Notes under the pieces: generated by a model
What the model was told of the DNA's origin: nothing
What the model saw: the letters and a program-made list of their open reading frames with translations, nothing else
Databases searched by the model: none
Part shown: piece by piece, positions 20,764 to 34,054 of the stretch
How positions within the stretch are numbered: the first letter of the stretch is position 1
Layout: every line of letters begins with the position of its first letter
Made by a program: the position numbers and the translations under genes
NCBI GenBank assembly: GCA_950097015.1
Contig: CATNEN010000019.1
Coordinates: forward strand, 153,929-217,928
Source of the DNA: Macrostomum hystrix
Lineage: Eukaryota > Animalia > Platyhelminthes
Length of the DNA stretch: 64,000 nt
Direction of reading: 5' to 3'

Positions 20764-23700
20764 TCAGATCGGGCTGTCGATAACAGCCACTCCAGCATAG
20801 CTGCGGCCAGTCATCATGCTGTTGGGTAGCAGAACCCATGAATCAGTTCGAGGATCATAGCGCTCCACGGAGCCCAGATTCGAAGAGCCGTCATCGCCAC
20901 CCACCACAAACAGGTAGCCATTGTAGGCGACAACTCCAGCATTGCGTCGGCACAGGTGCATGTTGGCCACAACGGACCAGGCACCGGAAACGGGACTGAA
21001 TCGCTCTACACTGTTCCTTACCAACGGCCCGTCGTGCCCACCAACGGCGTACAGGTGGCCATCGAGGGTACCGACGCCGGTGCCGCTGCGGCGACATGTC
21101 ATGTCGGCCACTGGGTGCCAGTTGTCCTGCGCCGGATCGTAGCGTTCAACGCTGGCTAGACACTGGCGGCTCTGGCCATCATAGCCACCTACTGCGTACA
21201 GACAGCCGGAAAGAACGCCGACTCCTACCGAGCTGCGGCGTGTAGCCATCGAGGCAATAGGGCTCCACTTGTTGCCGGCCGGATTGTACACTTCAGCAGT
21301 ATTAAGCCCGCTAGAACCGTCAAAGCCGCCGACCGCGTAGACGAGACCATCAAGAGAGGCCACGCCCAAAGTGGAGCGGCGCGCCTCCATGTTGGCCACA
21401 GTGGCCCACTCGTCCCTAGTTGGGTCGTATACCTCGCAGGTGCGCACGCGCAAGGAGCCGTTGAAGCCACCGACGGCGTAGACTAGGCCGCCAACAAGGG
21501 CCACACCGCAGCGGCAGCGACGCGAGGGCATCTCCGAGACTGGGTACCAGCGCTCCTCTTTGAAGCTGAAGCACTCAACAGTGCGAATAGCCTTGGGCGC
21601 CTGACCGCCAATTACTATCAGTATCTTGGGTAGACCCACCGGGTTTCGCGGTCTCGTACGCTCGCTGCGATACTTAGCTTTCTGGTCAGGCTTAAGCAAG
21701 TGATAACGCAGCGCCTCAATCAGGTAGTCCTTGCAGCACAGGCTGCCCTTCAGCAGGGCCTCTTCCTCAACAATTCGCAACAGGTAATCTTGTGGTAAAT
21801 GGGCGAATCTAACATGCGACAGAAGCGAATCGGCGTGCTGCTGCCGGTTTGCGAGGTCTTGTTTTAGCCATTTGAAGACAGCCTCGATGACCTCGACCTG
21901 TAAGGTAGAGGTAGAAACCAATGCGATTTACCTTTTTTTCAAAGCAAATGCTAGCTTAGCTGCCCAGCGTTTTTCAAGAATTAAAACTAGATTTAAGGAC
22001 AGCAGAGTATTACCTTAGTGCGTCCAAAAAGTTCTTAGACACCCCTAATATCTCTGCATGTGTTCGACCGATTTTGATGAAAAAATACACAATCATAAAT
22101 TAATATGTAATAAATTCAGCGCTAAAGTTTTAAATTAGTCGGGTGGACAGAAAAAAAGTTATCGATCATTTACTAAAGAACCAACGAAATTAGCAATACG
22201 ATTTTTTAAGAGCATCGAATCGGGATACCAAGTGGGATGTCGCATCTGGTCTTTAGAATGGGTCAGCAAAATATCGAGTGGTTAATTTTAAAGCTTTCGC
22301 TAGGTATAAATCATTAATAGCAAGCTTATAGTCATTTATTCATAGATTATAAAGAGCGAAAATGAAAAAGCAGTAGGCAGCACAAGTCTGAGTGCGCAGA
22401 AACAACGTCAGACGTTTGAGACAAAGAGTATTGAGATCACTTTGATTTGAGAATGGCTAGCGCATAGGGCAATAAAATTTCTCAGCGCCGGATCGTTTAT
22501 GCCTTTGCTGACGAAGGCATGTCCGTGAGCAATATCCACCAGAGATTGCTCAGTCGCTTTGGAGACGATGTCTGCTGTCGAGCAACCATCGCGAACTGGG
22601 TCCGGAAGAGAAAGGACGGCGAAACGAGCGTGCTGAGGGGCTGATTAGAGCGATTCCTAGGGGCATGTGGTCGGCGTGGATCGAGGAGCTGCCAACGCGG
22701 TATGATAAGTGCATTCGACGGAATGGAGACTTTTTTTGAAGATTTTCACGATTGGTAACCTGAAATTTTGAAGTTCCAGAACTTGCCAGCTGAACTGTTT
22801 GCTCGTTAACTTAAACTTGTTTTGCGCTAAAATCGTATTGCCAATTTCGTTGGTTCTCTAGTAAATGATTGACAACTTTTTTTCTGTCCACCCGACTTAT
22901 TTAAAACTTTAGCGCTGAATTTATTACATATTAATTTATGATTGTGTATTTTTTCATCAAAATCGGTCGAACACATGCAGAGATATTAGGGGTGTCTAAG
23001 AACTTTTTGGACGCACTAAGGTAGTTAATTTCTCGCATTTTTTAAAAAAGCATCTGATTAAACAGCAAACGCAGGGCAAAACAACAAGCGAACCTCAGCG
23101 GAGCATGTGAGCCGATCAGAGCAGACCAATTGCCGCAATTGATCGTAGGTAAGCTGAAGAAATTCTTCCTCGTGCTGCATGACCTTTGTAAAGTACTCCT
23201 CTGCATACTGCCTGGCCGCATTGTATAGCTCTGTGCAGGAGTGCATGTCGGCAAAGCGCAGAATTCCCAGACAGTTGGAAGGGTGCAGCTGGCTCTGCAG
23301 AAAGTCACAACAGGCCTCGCGCACCTCGGCCAGTTGTAGCAGGTTAGCGGCCGGCAACAGGGCTTGAACATTGTCCTCAGTTACATGAATCTCAGTTGTG
23401 TAGATAAAATCTACCAGAGCGGCCAGAACCCGGCCATCGATTTGAAGCATGCGCACCCGGGATTGTCGCGACTCACACAGTTCGCTAGTGAACATTGCGC
23501 GAAAGTAGGCTGAGCAGGAGGCCAGAACAACTCTGGTGAAAGGGACGTCGAGGCTAGACTGCATTAGGATGTCGAGACGCATACCATTTCTATATATGGG
23601 GTGCTAGACAGTAACGCTATGCGTACTTTGAGAAAGACCACTAATCCATAATCTTTAAAAAATAGAACCCAGAAAAGAACACGACACAGAATGGTCGGGT

Positions 23701-24022
23701 CACTGGTCCATTCCCAGTCTGACCTGTGAGCGGGAATCTCCTCGTTGTCAGCCTCCAGCAAGACGTCGCACAATAGCCGACCATCTAGCCGCATTTGATT
23801 GATGTTGCGGAACGCTTTTTGTGTGTGATTCTGAACCGACCGAAACGGCGCGCTGCAAAGTAAAAAGTCCTGCTCAGCCTCAGGTTCCATCAGATTTGAT
23901 TCGCGACAGAAAGTTAGGCTGACTGCGCCGGTGTCTGCCTCCGCCTCCGTACCGGCTCCTCCGACAGCCGCAACTGCTCCTTCTGCCAGCGCAGCAGCAG
24001 CTGCTTCACTTGCCTCCTCAAT
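20764..24022 (-). CDS. KLHL2: Kelch-like BTB-BACK-6xKelch protein (KLHL2/KLHL3/Drosophila kelch type)
   Basis: Exons 24022-23724, 23532-23094, 21897-20764 join in phase (IPAHR|VVLASCSAYF; SAE|VEVIEAVFKW). Kelch repeats with RRCRCGVA and YAVGGFNGS as in KLHL2/3. The 5' end is uncertain: no ATG at the acceptor, internal ATG near 23890. Confidence 0.88.
22013..23021 (+). mobile_element. Internally deleted mariner element in a kelch-gene intron
   Basis: About 150-bp near-perfect TIRs (CCTTAGTGCGTCCAAAAAG...), TA duplications at 22011-22012 and 23022-23023. Transposase N-terminal HTH (IHQRLLSRFGDDVCCRATIANWVRK) is fused to the C-terminus (ELPTRYDKCIRRNGDFFE). Confidence 0.92.
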
Positions 24023-25023
24023 CTGCAAGATTGGCCATTGAATCTGAGCGGATGGAGCGGATAGATGCTAAAACAAACATTCAGCTTAAAACCAAACATG
24101 TCTTCACCTAGCGAGCACCTCAGTTTAGAGGCGATTAATATTATCTAACTCAGCAGCAACAGTAGCAGCAGCAGCAGCTATTGGTAAAATTTTTATCGTA
24201 GTGGAATTAGTTACGAGCGTATAAGCCTTAACTTATTCCAATCTTTAAGATTGGGCTCAATTATTACTTTTTGTTTATTACTTGCCTATTTTTTGAAAGG
24301 GCGTACAAAATATTTTAAATGCCTTACTAAGTTAACTTTTTAACGAAATAAACTTCTGTACACATAAAATAGTACAAATTTGAAGACATCACTGTCACTG
24401 AAAGCTTAACTAAAGTTTCCATGGTGCCACGACCGCATTTTTTGTTTTGCTTCTACGGGTTTAGTACGTGATGTAACACTAGACCTTTCGCAACAATTCA
24501 GAAACCAGAATTAAAACTAAACTAAACTAAACTACATGTAGTTCGAACGAAATTCGATACTGATAAGTAGGTCAATAATATAGTCAATAATTGACTGTAT
24601 TATTTTTATAAAACTTAGACGCAAACTCCAAATGACCTAAAAACTAGCGTTCGTACTTTCCCATTTAACAGTCAACAAATCAACAAAACCCTGAATTTAA
24701 AGTGCTTGTAAAGTACTCCTCATACTCGTAGTAGGCATCTAGTGGATATAAAAACAATTCTAGACAAAGTAAGTAAGGAAAAAATGAACGTGAACTGTCG
24801 AAATGCACAAGTCAATCAGATACAACCGTGTGCGAATTTCCTACTTAAGTCTTTAGTTAATCTTTTGTTAATTAATTCACAGAATACAGCAAGTGCAACA
24901 TAAGGGACTTTAACGCAAACATTGGGCATCGATGAATTCGGAGCAGATCGAGGCGAAATGCGCTATCAATATCGAGGCGGTTTAGCAACGATACGCTCGT
25001 ACTTGAAGGTAGCTCAAATTAAA

Positions 25024-26669
25024 TCAACTACATGGCCTATCGCCAGTGTCATTGCCTGATGCAGCCCTGGCTTTGTCCAGCCGCAATCGTTCGACATAAC
25101 GTCGAAAAGACTCCAGCTCCATTCGATCGTCGGGTTCTTCCGCTCTTGCTGCTGCTACGTTGCTTGTTCCGGAGCCGTCATCATCGCTGCTCTCAGAATC
25201 CCACGCCGGTCCGCCTCCAATGAACATGTCAGATTTAAGACGCGTCGATGCCAAATCACTGGCAGTGGCGGCAGCCGTCGAGGCACCGGGAGCAGCGGAA
25301 GCTGCAGCAGCTTCTACTCGCAGCTTCTCATACATGGGAGCATAGTCTGTGTAGTACTCTCCAACAGCGTCCCGCACCCGGCTAAGGAAGAGCGGCAGGC
25401 CGTCGCCAGTAGCAGCGCTGACGCCAGCGCAACGAAGGCCGGCATAAAAGCTGTCAAGGATCAGGCTCATCGAGCGGGTCAGATTGCTCAAGTAGCTGCG
25501 TTCCTGGCGAAGAGCCTCCTACAACCCGGGATAAGCGGAGGAGCAAAGGATTTTAATTTGGGTGTAGCGGCTTTTAGCGCGATACGATGGCTTGCCAAAT
25601 GAAAGTGCGCTTGTATTTTGAGTGCGACACAATACGCTAGTATACAAATACGGCGAGATGCGATAGACATAATCGATGGAGTTTTCCTTTTTTTGCGGCC
25701 ATAGACAACATATTGCGGGGTTTCTGTGGCCGCCAATGTTGTGAAACTTTAGTCAATGGCTTTATGAATAGCTACCCGAATCCCCGTCTGACTACCATGA
25801 ACAGATTGAATCAGAGCATGGCGAGAATATTTTTTATAGCCATTGGGGTCAAAGATGATAAATAGTTGAAGTTGAAGTAGAATGCATGCACTTAAATCTT
25901 TATGTAGACATTCTGAAATGAACAGAAAATTACAAAAAAACGCACCTGAAAAGACTCGAAATCCTGCATCCACTCAATGGCAAAGTCGGCAGACATGATG
26001 TCCGTTTTGTTGAGAGCCACAACAAATGGCAGCCGAGTTTTGTAAAGAATGCTGCAAGCGTAGAGCATGTTGGACATAAAAGTGACTGGTGAGTGGCTCC
26101 GCGGCGTGTCCATTACATAAACTAGAACGGTTGGCAATTGAGCAGCCAGGGCCTCGGTGATAATTGAGCCGGAAGCAGACCAGGTGAACGCCTCAATTTG
26201 GCCAGGCGTGTCAACTAGCACGAAGTCTATGCTGGATCGGCGCGAATTAATAAGACCAAGCACCTGGTCGAACTTGGTAGCAAACAGGTTCAGGCAGGTT
26301 AGGATAGCTCCATTCGGGCCAAGACGATACTGAGACATCACTTCCTTGTAGTTCACCGTGTCCCGAATGTCAATACTAGCCTGCGTGACAAAATATTTAT
26401 GCTTCACCGCGACAGGACACCAAAACACAGTTTAGCAGAACGAAAAATTAAATACGACCTACCTGATAAGGCACTTGCAACACAGCAGGATCCATATTTA
26501 TTGGATAGGTAGGAGAGTTCTGGAACAACAGTTGAGCGTTAAGGCGCTGCACAAAAGTTGTCTTGCCGCTACCGGCCATACCCAGAATTAGCAGGCACAC
26601 AGGGCTATGTGCTGCAGGCTCTACCGTAGCTGGTTCGATCAATGATGCAGCTGGCATTGCTTCAGCCAT
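25024..26669 (-). CDS. GPN1: GPN-loop GTPase 1 (XAB1/Npa3)
   Basis: Exons 26669-26463, 26380-25946, 25518-25024 in phase. Motifs [61 protein letters not shown]. Confidence 0.95.
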
Positions 26670-27425
26670 TGTTTTACCAAGTTGGGCTTATTCAGCTGAA
26701 ACTGAAAGCGTAATAGAATAGCAAAGCAGCTAGAAATTCATTTAAATCTGTTCACTAACTAAACTGTCTACAAACCAACTGTCAGTCGAGCGGAAGGGAT
26801 CGTGTTGGGATTCGATGCTTTCCAAAACATATCTATCTGAGTTGAGGCCGAAGAAGAAAACACTCAGGGCAATTATAATGCTAGAATTGCCAAGTTGAAG
26901 TTTACGTTTTATTTTTAAATAAGTCGGGTCGTGACAGACAAGCTATATATGATATAGCAGATATATAGGTATAAGCAGAGAAAGGGAGATAGAAATTTCG
27001 GAATCGGACACCTTACAATGCAATTACTCAGTAAATTGCAGACGATATTTAGATTTCAAAGTGTAGTGGTGAGAAGTAAAAGTGCAACATAAAAATTTCA
27101 CAGGACGTTAGATTGAAACCGCAAGTTAACCAGATACTACTAGAACTAGACTTTTTAAGGCTTTAGATAAAAACTGATGTTAATGTAATGTAATCTAATA
27201 CCGAGACTGATTTTCATAGCTTTATGTTCTATCAGGGGAACTTTTAAGTTAAAAAAATGAGTAAGGCTGTGCGTATAGGCAACAGATATAAGATAGTCGA
27301 GCTAGGGGTCATTCTGGATAAATGGTAACATTTCGATCTTTAAGGGTCGATAGAGAACGTTAGAGAGAACGTTACTGAATATGCAAACAAGATGTAGTAG
27401 TTTTAGCGGTACAAGATGTAGTCGA

Positions 27426-28733
27426 TTATATGTAAAGACCCTCAGGTGTGCCCTCGTTCTTCCTATACAGAACGTTGTCCTTGGCCTTCTTAAAGTCATC
27501 GTTAGTGACTTTCATACGACGCTCGCGCAGAGCCAGCAGGCCAGCTTCGGTGCAGATAGCCTTGATGTCAGCACCTGATAGCTCCTCCTTGGACATGATG
27601 TATTCCTCCAGATTGACATCATCAGCCAAAGTCATTTTTGAGGTGTGAATGTTAACGATTCGGCGCTTGGTCTTTTCATCAGGCAGGGGAAACTCGATCT
27701 TGCGATCGATTCGACCTGGTCGGATGAGGGCCGGGTCCAAACTGTCGATACGATTCGTGGCCATGATCACCTTGACGTCGCCACGCGAGTCAAAGCCGTC
27801 CAGCTGGTTGAGCAGCTCAAGCATGGTGCGCTGGATTTCGCGCTCGCCGCCAGAGTTGGACTCATAGCGCTTGGTGCCGACAGCGTCAATCTCGTCGATG
27901 AACACAATGGATGGCGCGTGCTCTTCGGCTACACGGAAGATTTCGCGTACCAGCTTCGGCCCGTCTCCAAGGTATTTCTGGATAAGCTCGGAGCCGACAA
28001 CTCGTAGGAAGGTGGCCGAAGTGGCCGAGGCCACCGCCTTAGCAAGCAGGGTCTTTCCTGTGCCGGGAGCGCCATACAGGATTACTCCCTTCGGTGGCTT
28101 GATGCCCATCTCCTCGTAAAGCTCCGGGTGTGTAAGCGGTAGTTCCACAGACTCTTTGATCTCCTGTATCTGGGTGTCTAAACCGCCAATGTCCGCGTAG
28201 GTCTCTTTTGGTGCTTTATCTAACTTCATCATGGACACCATCGGATCAGCATCGTCAGCCAGCACGCCAACAACGGAGTGCATTTTATGGTTCAGCAGAA
28301 CTGAGCAGCCAGGCTCAAGAAGATCTTTGTCAACAAAGCTCAAGACGCTCACGTAGTGCTCAGACCCAACAGACGTGCTCACAATGGCGTGGTTATCGTC
28401 AATGATCTCTTCAAGTGAACCCACTGACATCGGTGATCCACGAAGATCATCTATCTTGGATCGCTCTTCTTCATTTTTTTCCTCGTCTGTCTTTAGGCGC
28501 TCCTGGTTCTTAATGAATTCCTCCTCCATCAGCAGGTAGTCTTTGATGCGCTCGAGTTTCAGCAGGCGCAGCTTGCATCGTGTATGCGGCGTTACAGTCG
28601 GCAATCGATCAGCCGAATCTGGGCCACGAGATTTTTTTTTCTTGCCAATGCGAGTTGGCACGGGTGGCTCATACTTCCGCTTCTTCTCCTTGTCCTTATC
28701 GCCACTCTGGCCTTGCTGTGACTGTCGCTGCCC
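27426..28733 (-). CDS. PSMC1: 26S proteasome AAA-ATPase subunit Rpt2 (S4); initiator ATG not adjacent
   Basis: Highly conserved Rpt2 sequence ([33 protein letters not shown]-terminal PEGLYI). The frame extends to acceptor TTGTCTTCCAG|GGG CAG at 28733, giving 435 aa without Met. Confidence 0.97.
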   Translation of the reverse strand, partial: GQRQSQQGQSGDKDKEKKRKYEPPVPTRIGKKKKSRGPDSADRLPTVTPHTRCKLRLLKLERIKDYLLMEEEFIKNQERLKTDEEKNEEERSKIDDLRGSPMSVGSLEEIIDDNHAIVSTSVGSEHYVSVLSFVDKDLLEPGCSVLLNHKMHSVVGVLADDADPMVSMMKLDKAPKETYADIGGLDTQIQEIKESVELPLTHPELYEEMGIKPPKGVILYGAPGTGKTLLAKAVASATSATFLRVVGSELIQKYLGDGPKLVREIFRVAEEHAPSIVFIDEIDAVGTKRYESNSGGEREIQRTMLELLNQLDGFDSRGDVKVIMATNRIDSLDPALIRPGRIDRKIEFPLPDEKTKRRIVNIHTSKMTLADDVNLEEYIMSKEELSGADIKAICTEAGLLALRERRMKVTNDDFKKAKDNVLYRKNEGTPEGLYI

Positions 28734-29918
28734 CTGGAAGACAACAGGTGACTTTTATTTTTCAATTGTCGAAAATTTTTACAAACTTAAGTATAAAGAA
28801 AGTTAATTTTTACATATATAAATTGTTTAGGGTTATGAGATTTTGAAAGTTAATTGACTTTTTCACCACAAGCCGTAGGTGTAGAGGCTGGATGCTACAT
28901 TCCACTGTATAATATAGTATATATATTATACTACTAAATACTAAATATTTTCAGTACACTAAATTTCAATCAATGAATTAAGTCAAACAGTCCAGTGCTA
29001 GGAAGCATTTAGGGGTTAAATTGATTCAGCTACACTGAATCTGAATCGACCCTTTAACTATTAGGAACAATGATTTAACAAAACAAGAGTTAATAAATCA
29101 TTTTATAAAGGTTACAACAATCGAAATGTTGACTAGAATACATATTAAATCAAACTGATGAAGACTTAGTTTACAAAAGCATTACTAAATCTGGGTATTC
29201 TAGAATTTAACTTTCAAATCATGAATACACGTAAGTACTAAATGACAAAATTCAATGCTAAACCTAGAATTTATGAGACTAAAAAAATGTTTAGACACTA
29301 ACTTTACTTTGTTATAGGATGCATCATCCCAGGTGGACCATTGATTCCATAAGCCCCTGGCAGGAAAACGCACACTATCTCTTTCTTTCTATTAATATGT
29401 TAACAATAATGTATCAATATTAGTTATTATAAAATAGTAAAAATAATAAGAACAATATTTATAATCATGTATCTATATCATAAACTATCGACAAAAAGGA
29501 TACACATGTGACCAAACATTTTAAAGAAATAGGCAAAGTTCTTTAAAGCCAAACCAGAATTTTAATAGTAAAAGAAAAGTGTAACTTAAATGCAACAAAC
29601 AAATCCTGCATTGAAGCAAATAGTTTGTTAATTTATTTGTAAGTTTTTATAATAATTTATTAAATTTTATTAAATTTATTAAATTTATAATAATTTATTA
29701 GTAATAATTTATATTATTAAAATTAGTTGAATGACACTAATTTTCACTTGTATTTTTTCCTTAAAAACTAGGAGCAAATCTACTAATCTAGTTCAGAGCA
29801 AGCCAGCTCACTGGCCTTATAAGTATGCTGAGTTAGTTAATAGTAAATCAGCTGAATGACTCAACCAAAAAAATACTGCCAAGTAGCTAAATCCCCATTC
29901 AGAATCAGTGAGTTGTTA

Positions 29919-32030
29919 TCTATATATATAAAAGTGAAAACTCTGTCTGTCTGTGTGTGTGCAACCTTTTGTCTTTATAGACGCTGAAACCGCTCAACCA
30001 AATCGCACCAAACTTTGCACATACCTAAAACCACCTACGCTGAGTGCAATAGGCTACTCAAATTCCCGAAAAATCATTTCCTTCCTGCTCAAAAGTGCAA
30101 AAAACTGCTCAAAAATTGTCAAAAAATCACTCAATTCGACATATCGTCGCCCCACTTTGTCAGATTTTCTCCAAATTTGATTCACTTACACTTTACATGT
30201 TTTCCAACAATGCTGTCAATTTTGAACATCTCTACTCAATCCAGAGCAAAGCTGCATCATCTCAAAGTGAGTCACTTTTTGTTTTCCGAGGACAGCCACC
30301 CCAACTCCCCTCCACCACTCTGCGGGCCAAATTTTATTACAGCCACCCCCTCCCTTCCCCAGGCGCCGAAGCCCCAGACTGTACATTGTATTTCAAGCCG
30401 TGAATGTACACAGCCCAAACCCCTAGACTGTCTACTGGCCCCCAAGCAGCACTGAGACTGAGTGCGGTGAGTGCGGTGGCGTCCCAGTGCGCAGGGCTCT
30501 CCGGTCGATATTTCTCTCCAGCCAGCCTGGGATAGAAGAAAGAGAGGCTGGCGTACAGTGCTTTGCTAAAATATACAGAGGCTTAGCCTCTCCCACTGAA
30601 GAGCAGAGAAAGATTTTTCAACACAGGTCCCCTGTCATTCGGACTACTTCTAACTTTCAGATGCCACCTAAGAAAAGTTTTTTAAGTCGCTTGACTAAAG
30701 CAGCTCGACGAGCAACAGCAAGGCCAAACAATGCAGTAGAAGACGGCGCAACAACAGCAGCACCTAGACCAAGCACCTCAGCACAGCCACAAGCAGCTTC
30801 AAGTGAAAATGAAGCTGAGCCAGTCCAGCCTTATAACCTTCGACCTCAGACAAGAGCACAGACATCAGGCACCAGTGGAAGCAGTGCTGGAGCTGCAATA
30901 AGTTCTACAGCCATTCACGGCAGAGACGTAGATAGGCGACGAGAGCTTAACAGAGAGCGAACTGCCGAGGCCCATTGCAATGAGACTGCAGTCCAGACAC
31001 AGCAGCGCCAAGAACAGAACAGAGACCGGACTGCCGAGGCCCGTCGCAATGAGACTGCAGTCCAGACACAGCAGCGCCAAGAACAGAACAGAGACCGGAC
31101 TGCCGAGGCCTGTCGCAATGAGACTGCAGTCCAGACACAGCAGCGCCAAGAACTGGACAGAGACCGGACTGCCGAGGCCCGTTGCAATGAAACAGCCAAC
31201 CAGGCTGAAGTGCGTTGGCAGGATGATCGAGAGCGGCATAGGGAACGCGCTGAGACCTTCCAATTTGTTGGACCACCCCCGGCCCCAACAAACCCCAACG
31301 TTGACGAACCTGATCAGCCAGCTGGCCCACATCCTTGGGCACTGAATGCGGCTCTGAGTTATGATCCCACTGTTGTCTATGGTGTCCATCCTAAACTTGC
31401 GATGGCGAGAATGTCGGTCAAATGCGCACGCTGCAATGCATTAAGATGGGCCAACGAAACTCCAGGCATGTGCTGTTCCAACGGAAAGGTCAGACTTGAA
31501 CCTTTGAACGAGAACCTGCCACCATGCCTTCGGCATCTGTTGCTGGGTGAGACAGAAGAATCTGAGCACTTTCTGTCTAATATCCTGTGCTACAACAGCT
31601 GCTTTCAAATGACTTCTTTTGGAGCTAAAAGTATTGTCTGTGAGCCAGGGTTCATGCCTGCATTCAAAGTCCAAGGTCAGGTGTACCATGACATAGGATC
31701 ATTGCTACCACTGCCTGGAGAGGAGCCAAAGTTCCTGCAGATCTACTTCATGGGAGATCATCAAGAGCAGGTTGAGCGCCGATGTAGAATCACTCCAGGA
31801 GTGTGTGCCAACATTGTATTTGAGTTACAGGAAGTCCTGCACGAGAAAAGTCCTGCTCGAAGGCTCAGGGACAGTCGCTGAAGGTGGCTGGCATCAACCT
31901 GGAGACTCCTTGCTTCTCGCATGGGCAGCTTTATGTCGCCTGCTCCCGTGTTGGAACTCCAGCTGGCCTATTCATTTTCGCACCAAGGGGAAGAACGAAG
32001 AATGTGGTGTATCCCCAGGCCTTGAGGTGA
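29919..32030 (+). mobile_element. Internally deleted Helitron (5' end, RepHel N-terminus fused to the helicase C-terminus)
   Basis: A|TCTATATATATAAAA 5' terminus at 29919. ORF from ATG 30661 with 72-bp (24-aa) repeats and the C..C.ALRW..E..GMCC.NGKV, YNSCFQMTSFGA and QGQVYHDIGSLLP motifs. From ~31857, in another frame: KAQGQSLKVAGINL..CFSHGQLYVACSRV...TKNVVYPQAL*. The 3' end is uncertain (CTAG|T at 32578-32582 with a weak hairpin). Confidence 0.88.
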
Positions 32031-32182
32031 CTGGCAAGCAATTAATAGAAAAGTAGTCACGAATTGACCTTGACCTGTCTAACTCTGAACTCTGAAACAG
32101 TTTAATTTTGTTTCTTTGACATTGTTATTGTTATGCCATGGCTATTTTCCTTATGTATACAGGTGTACATGCATACTGTATA

Positions 32183-32344
32183 CAGAGGCAGATTTAGGGG
32201 GGGGGCAAGGGGGCAGTCGCCCCCCTAAATTTTAATCATGGGAATAAGATGCCCCCACCAGGGGCGCCAGTCGCAGCACTGGCGCCCCTTTTCGGCCGCT
32301 GGCGCCCCTTTTTCAGCCGCTGGCTCCCATTTTTCCTGCCACTG
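32183..32344. mobile_element. hAT-type MITE, 162 bp
   Basis: TIRs CAGAGGCAG / CTGCCACTG; perfect 8-bp TSD ACTGTATA at 32175-32182 and 32345-32352. Confidence 0.85.
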
Positions 32345-32989
32345 ACTGTATAGAGGAGTGGCTAAGAGACATGTTTCTAAAGAAGTAATCAAGAGGGGGC
32401 TGTTTGGACAAACTTTTCACTTATTTTTTACTTAAAACACCCTTAAACAAACTCTTCACTTTTCATTAATGCAGTAAATAAATAAATAGTGACCTTCACT
32501 ATAAAGTTAATACAGAGACGTGAATTGCTGACTGCTTTGCTTTAAATTTCTGCCCCAAAAACAACAGGCAAAAAAAGCTAGTGAGATTATATTTCAAAGC
32601 AGCCAAGACTGATATTAGATAAAGACTGCTGAGCTGCATTTGCTAATATTTTCAGTTTTCAGATTATCAGTTAACAGCATAACTATTTTCACAAATTTGC
32701 TTTGAAATTAGGGTTATACTGCTTTTAAGGTATGGCTAAGCTGCTTTGAGATTCTCACAAAGGGCAATAATTTCATGGATAAACAACTTTAGGAATTTTT
32801 TAATGCAGAAAGATGATCATACAAATCTGCTACATATGAGTAGGCTACTGTTATTACTTCTTTTCTCTTTCCATATGTGTAGGTTTTGCTTAACTGGTTA
32901 AGTTTTTAAGTTCTTATGATTTTAATGCTTGTAGGGTTTGCAATACTCAGATCATAGAGCCAAATCCTGCAATCATTGGGCCATATTCA

Positions 32990-34054
32990 AGGATTTGAAT
33001 CCAAATCCAGAGTTTGAATCATGGCAAAACCAGAGTTTGAATCATGGCAAAACCAGAGTGTGAATCATGGCTAAAACAGAATTTGAATCAATTTTTCTTT
33101 TGACATTGATTTGAATTCTCTACATTTTGATTTTGTTATCCTATAACGTCATAATGATATATATTTATATATCATAATAATTTTGCTTAATATATTTATT
33201 TGTTGTTCTTCTCAATTTTCTACAAAAGCAGCTCGGGAACATTGTCAACTGGGGAACATTGTCAACAGGGGATCATTGTCAACTAGGTGATCATCATCAA
33301 CTGGGTGATCATCAACTGGGGGATAATTGTCAACTGGGGGATCATTATCAACAGGGGATCATTGTCAACTAGGTGATCATCATCAACTGGGTGATCATTG
33401 TCAACTGGGGGTTTATTGTCAACTGGGGGATCATCATCAAATGTATCATTGTCAACTGGGTGATCATCATCAACTGGGGGATCATCATTAATGGGGAGTC
33501 ATCATCAAATGGGGTATCATCATCAGTGGGGAGTCATCATCAAATGGGGGATCATTGTCAACTGGGGGATCATTGTCAACTGGTCTTGCGATGATGACTT
33601 ATTCATCACCCAATGATCAAATTGGGTGATCATTGTCAACTTGGTGATCATCATCAACTGGGTGATTATTGTCAACTGGGTCATATATGCGCAACCTCCC
33701 AAATCTTAGCCGGCCGTGCGACTTAGTTTTTGCTCTAGTTATGACTTAGTTTGTTTCATTGCTCTATTTGCGACTTAGTTTGCTCTCATTTGCTATCTTT
33801 TTCTCTCCCTTCTTTCCTTTTCTTCACGCCTTCCTTTTTTGTCCCTTGGTCCCCCCTTTGATTTTTTTGCGCTTGGTTGATTGGTTTTTGCGACTTACCT
33901 TGCTTGGCCCTCGCTTCACCCGGCCGGGTTGGCCGGGTTGGCCGGGTGTTGCGCATGTATGAACTGGGTGATCATTGTAGCTTTAAAAAGCTGAAAATAC
34001 AGCTGGTAAAAAGTATATACTAGACGAATTAAAATTATTTCTGCTCCCTGAAGG
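32990..34054 (+). mobile_element. Non-autonomous Helitron, 3' half, with minisatellite arrays
   Basis: ~23-bp CCAGAGTTTGAATCATGGC repeats, then ~20-bp AACTGGGGATCATTGTC repeats, then the same 3'-terminal ~80 bp as the copies ending at 60170 and 62071 (opposite strand); truncated inside the terminal hairpin. Confidence 0.72.
33682..33961 (+). mobile_element. hAT-type MITE (CATACATGCGCAAC TIR family), copy 1
   Basis: 14-bp TIRs; perfect 8-bp TSD AACTGGGT (33674-33681 and 33962-33969); inserted into the Helitron minisatellite. Confidence 0.9.

Noticed and set aside
27448-28405. Plus-strand ORFs overlapping PSMC1, and similar antisense ORFs over the kelch gene, SS18, the RTE and the MCP
   Set aside because: Antisense shadows of GC-rich coding sequence with no recognisable domains.
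33373-33594. IIVNWG-repeat ORF (also 60209-60403 and 1905-2153)
   Set aside because: Translations of non-coding minisatellites.
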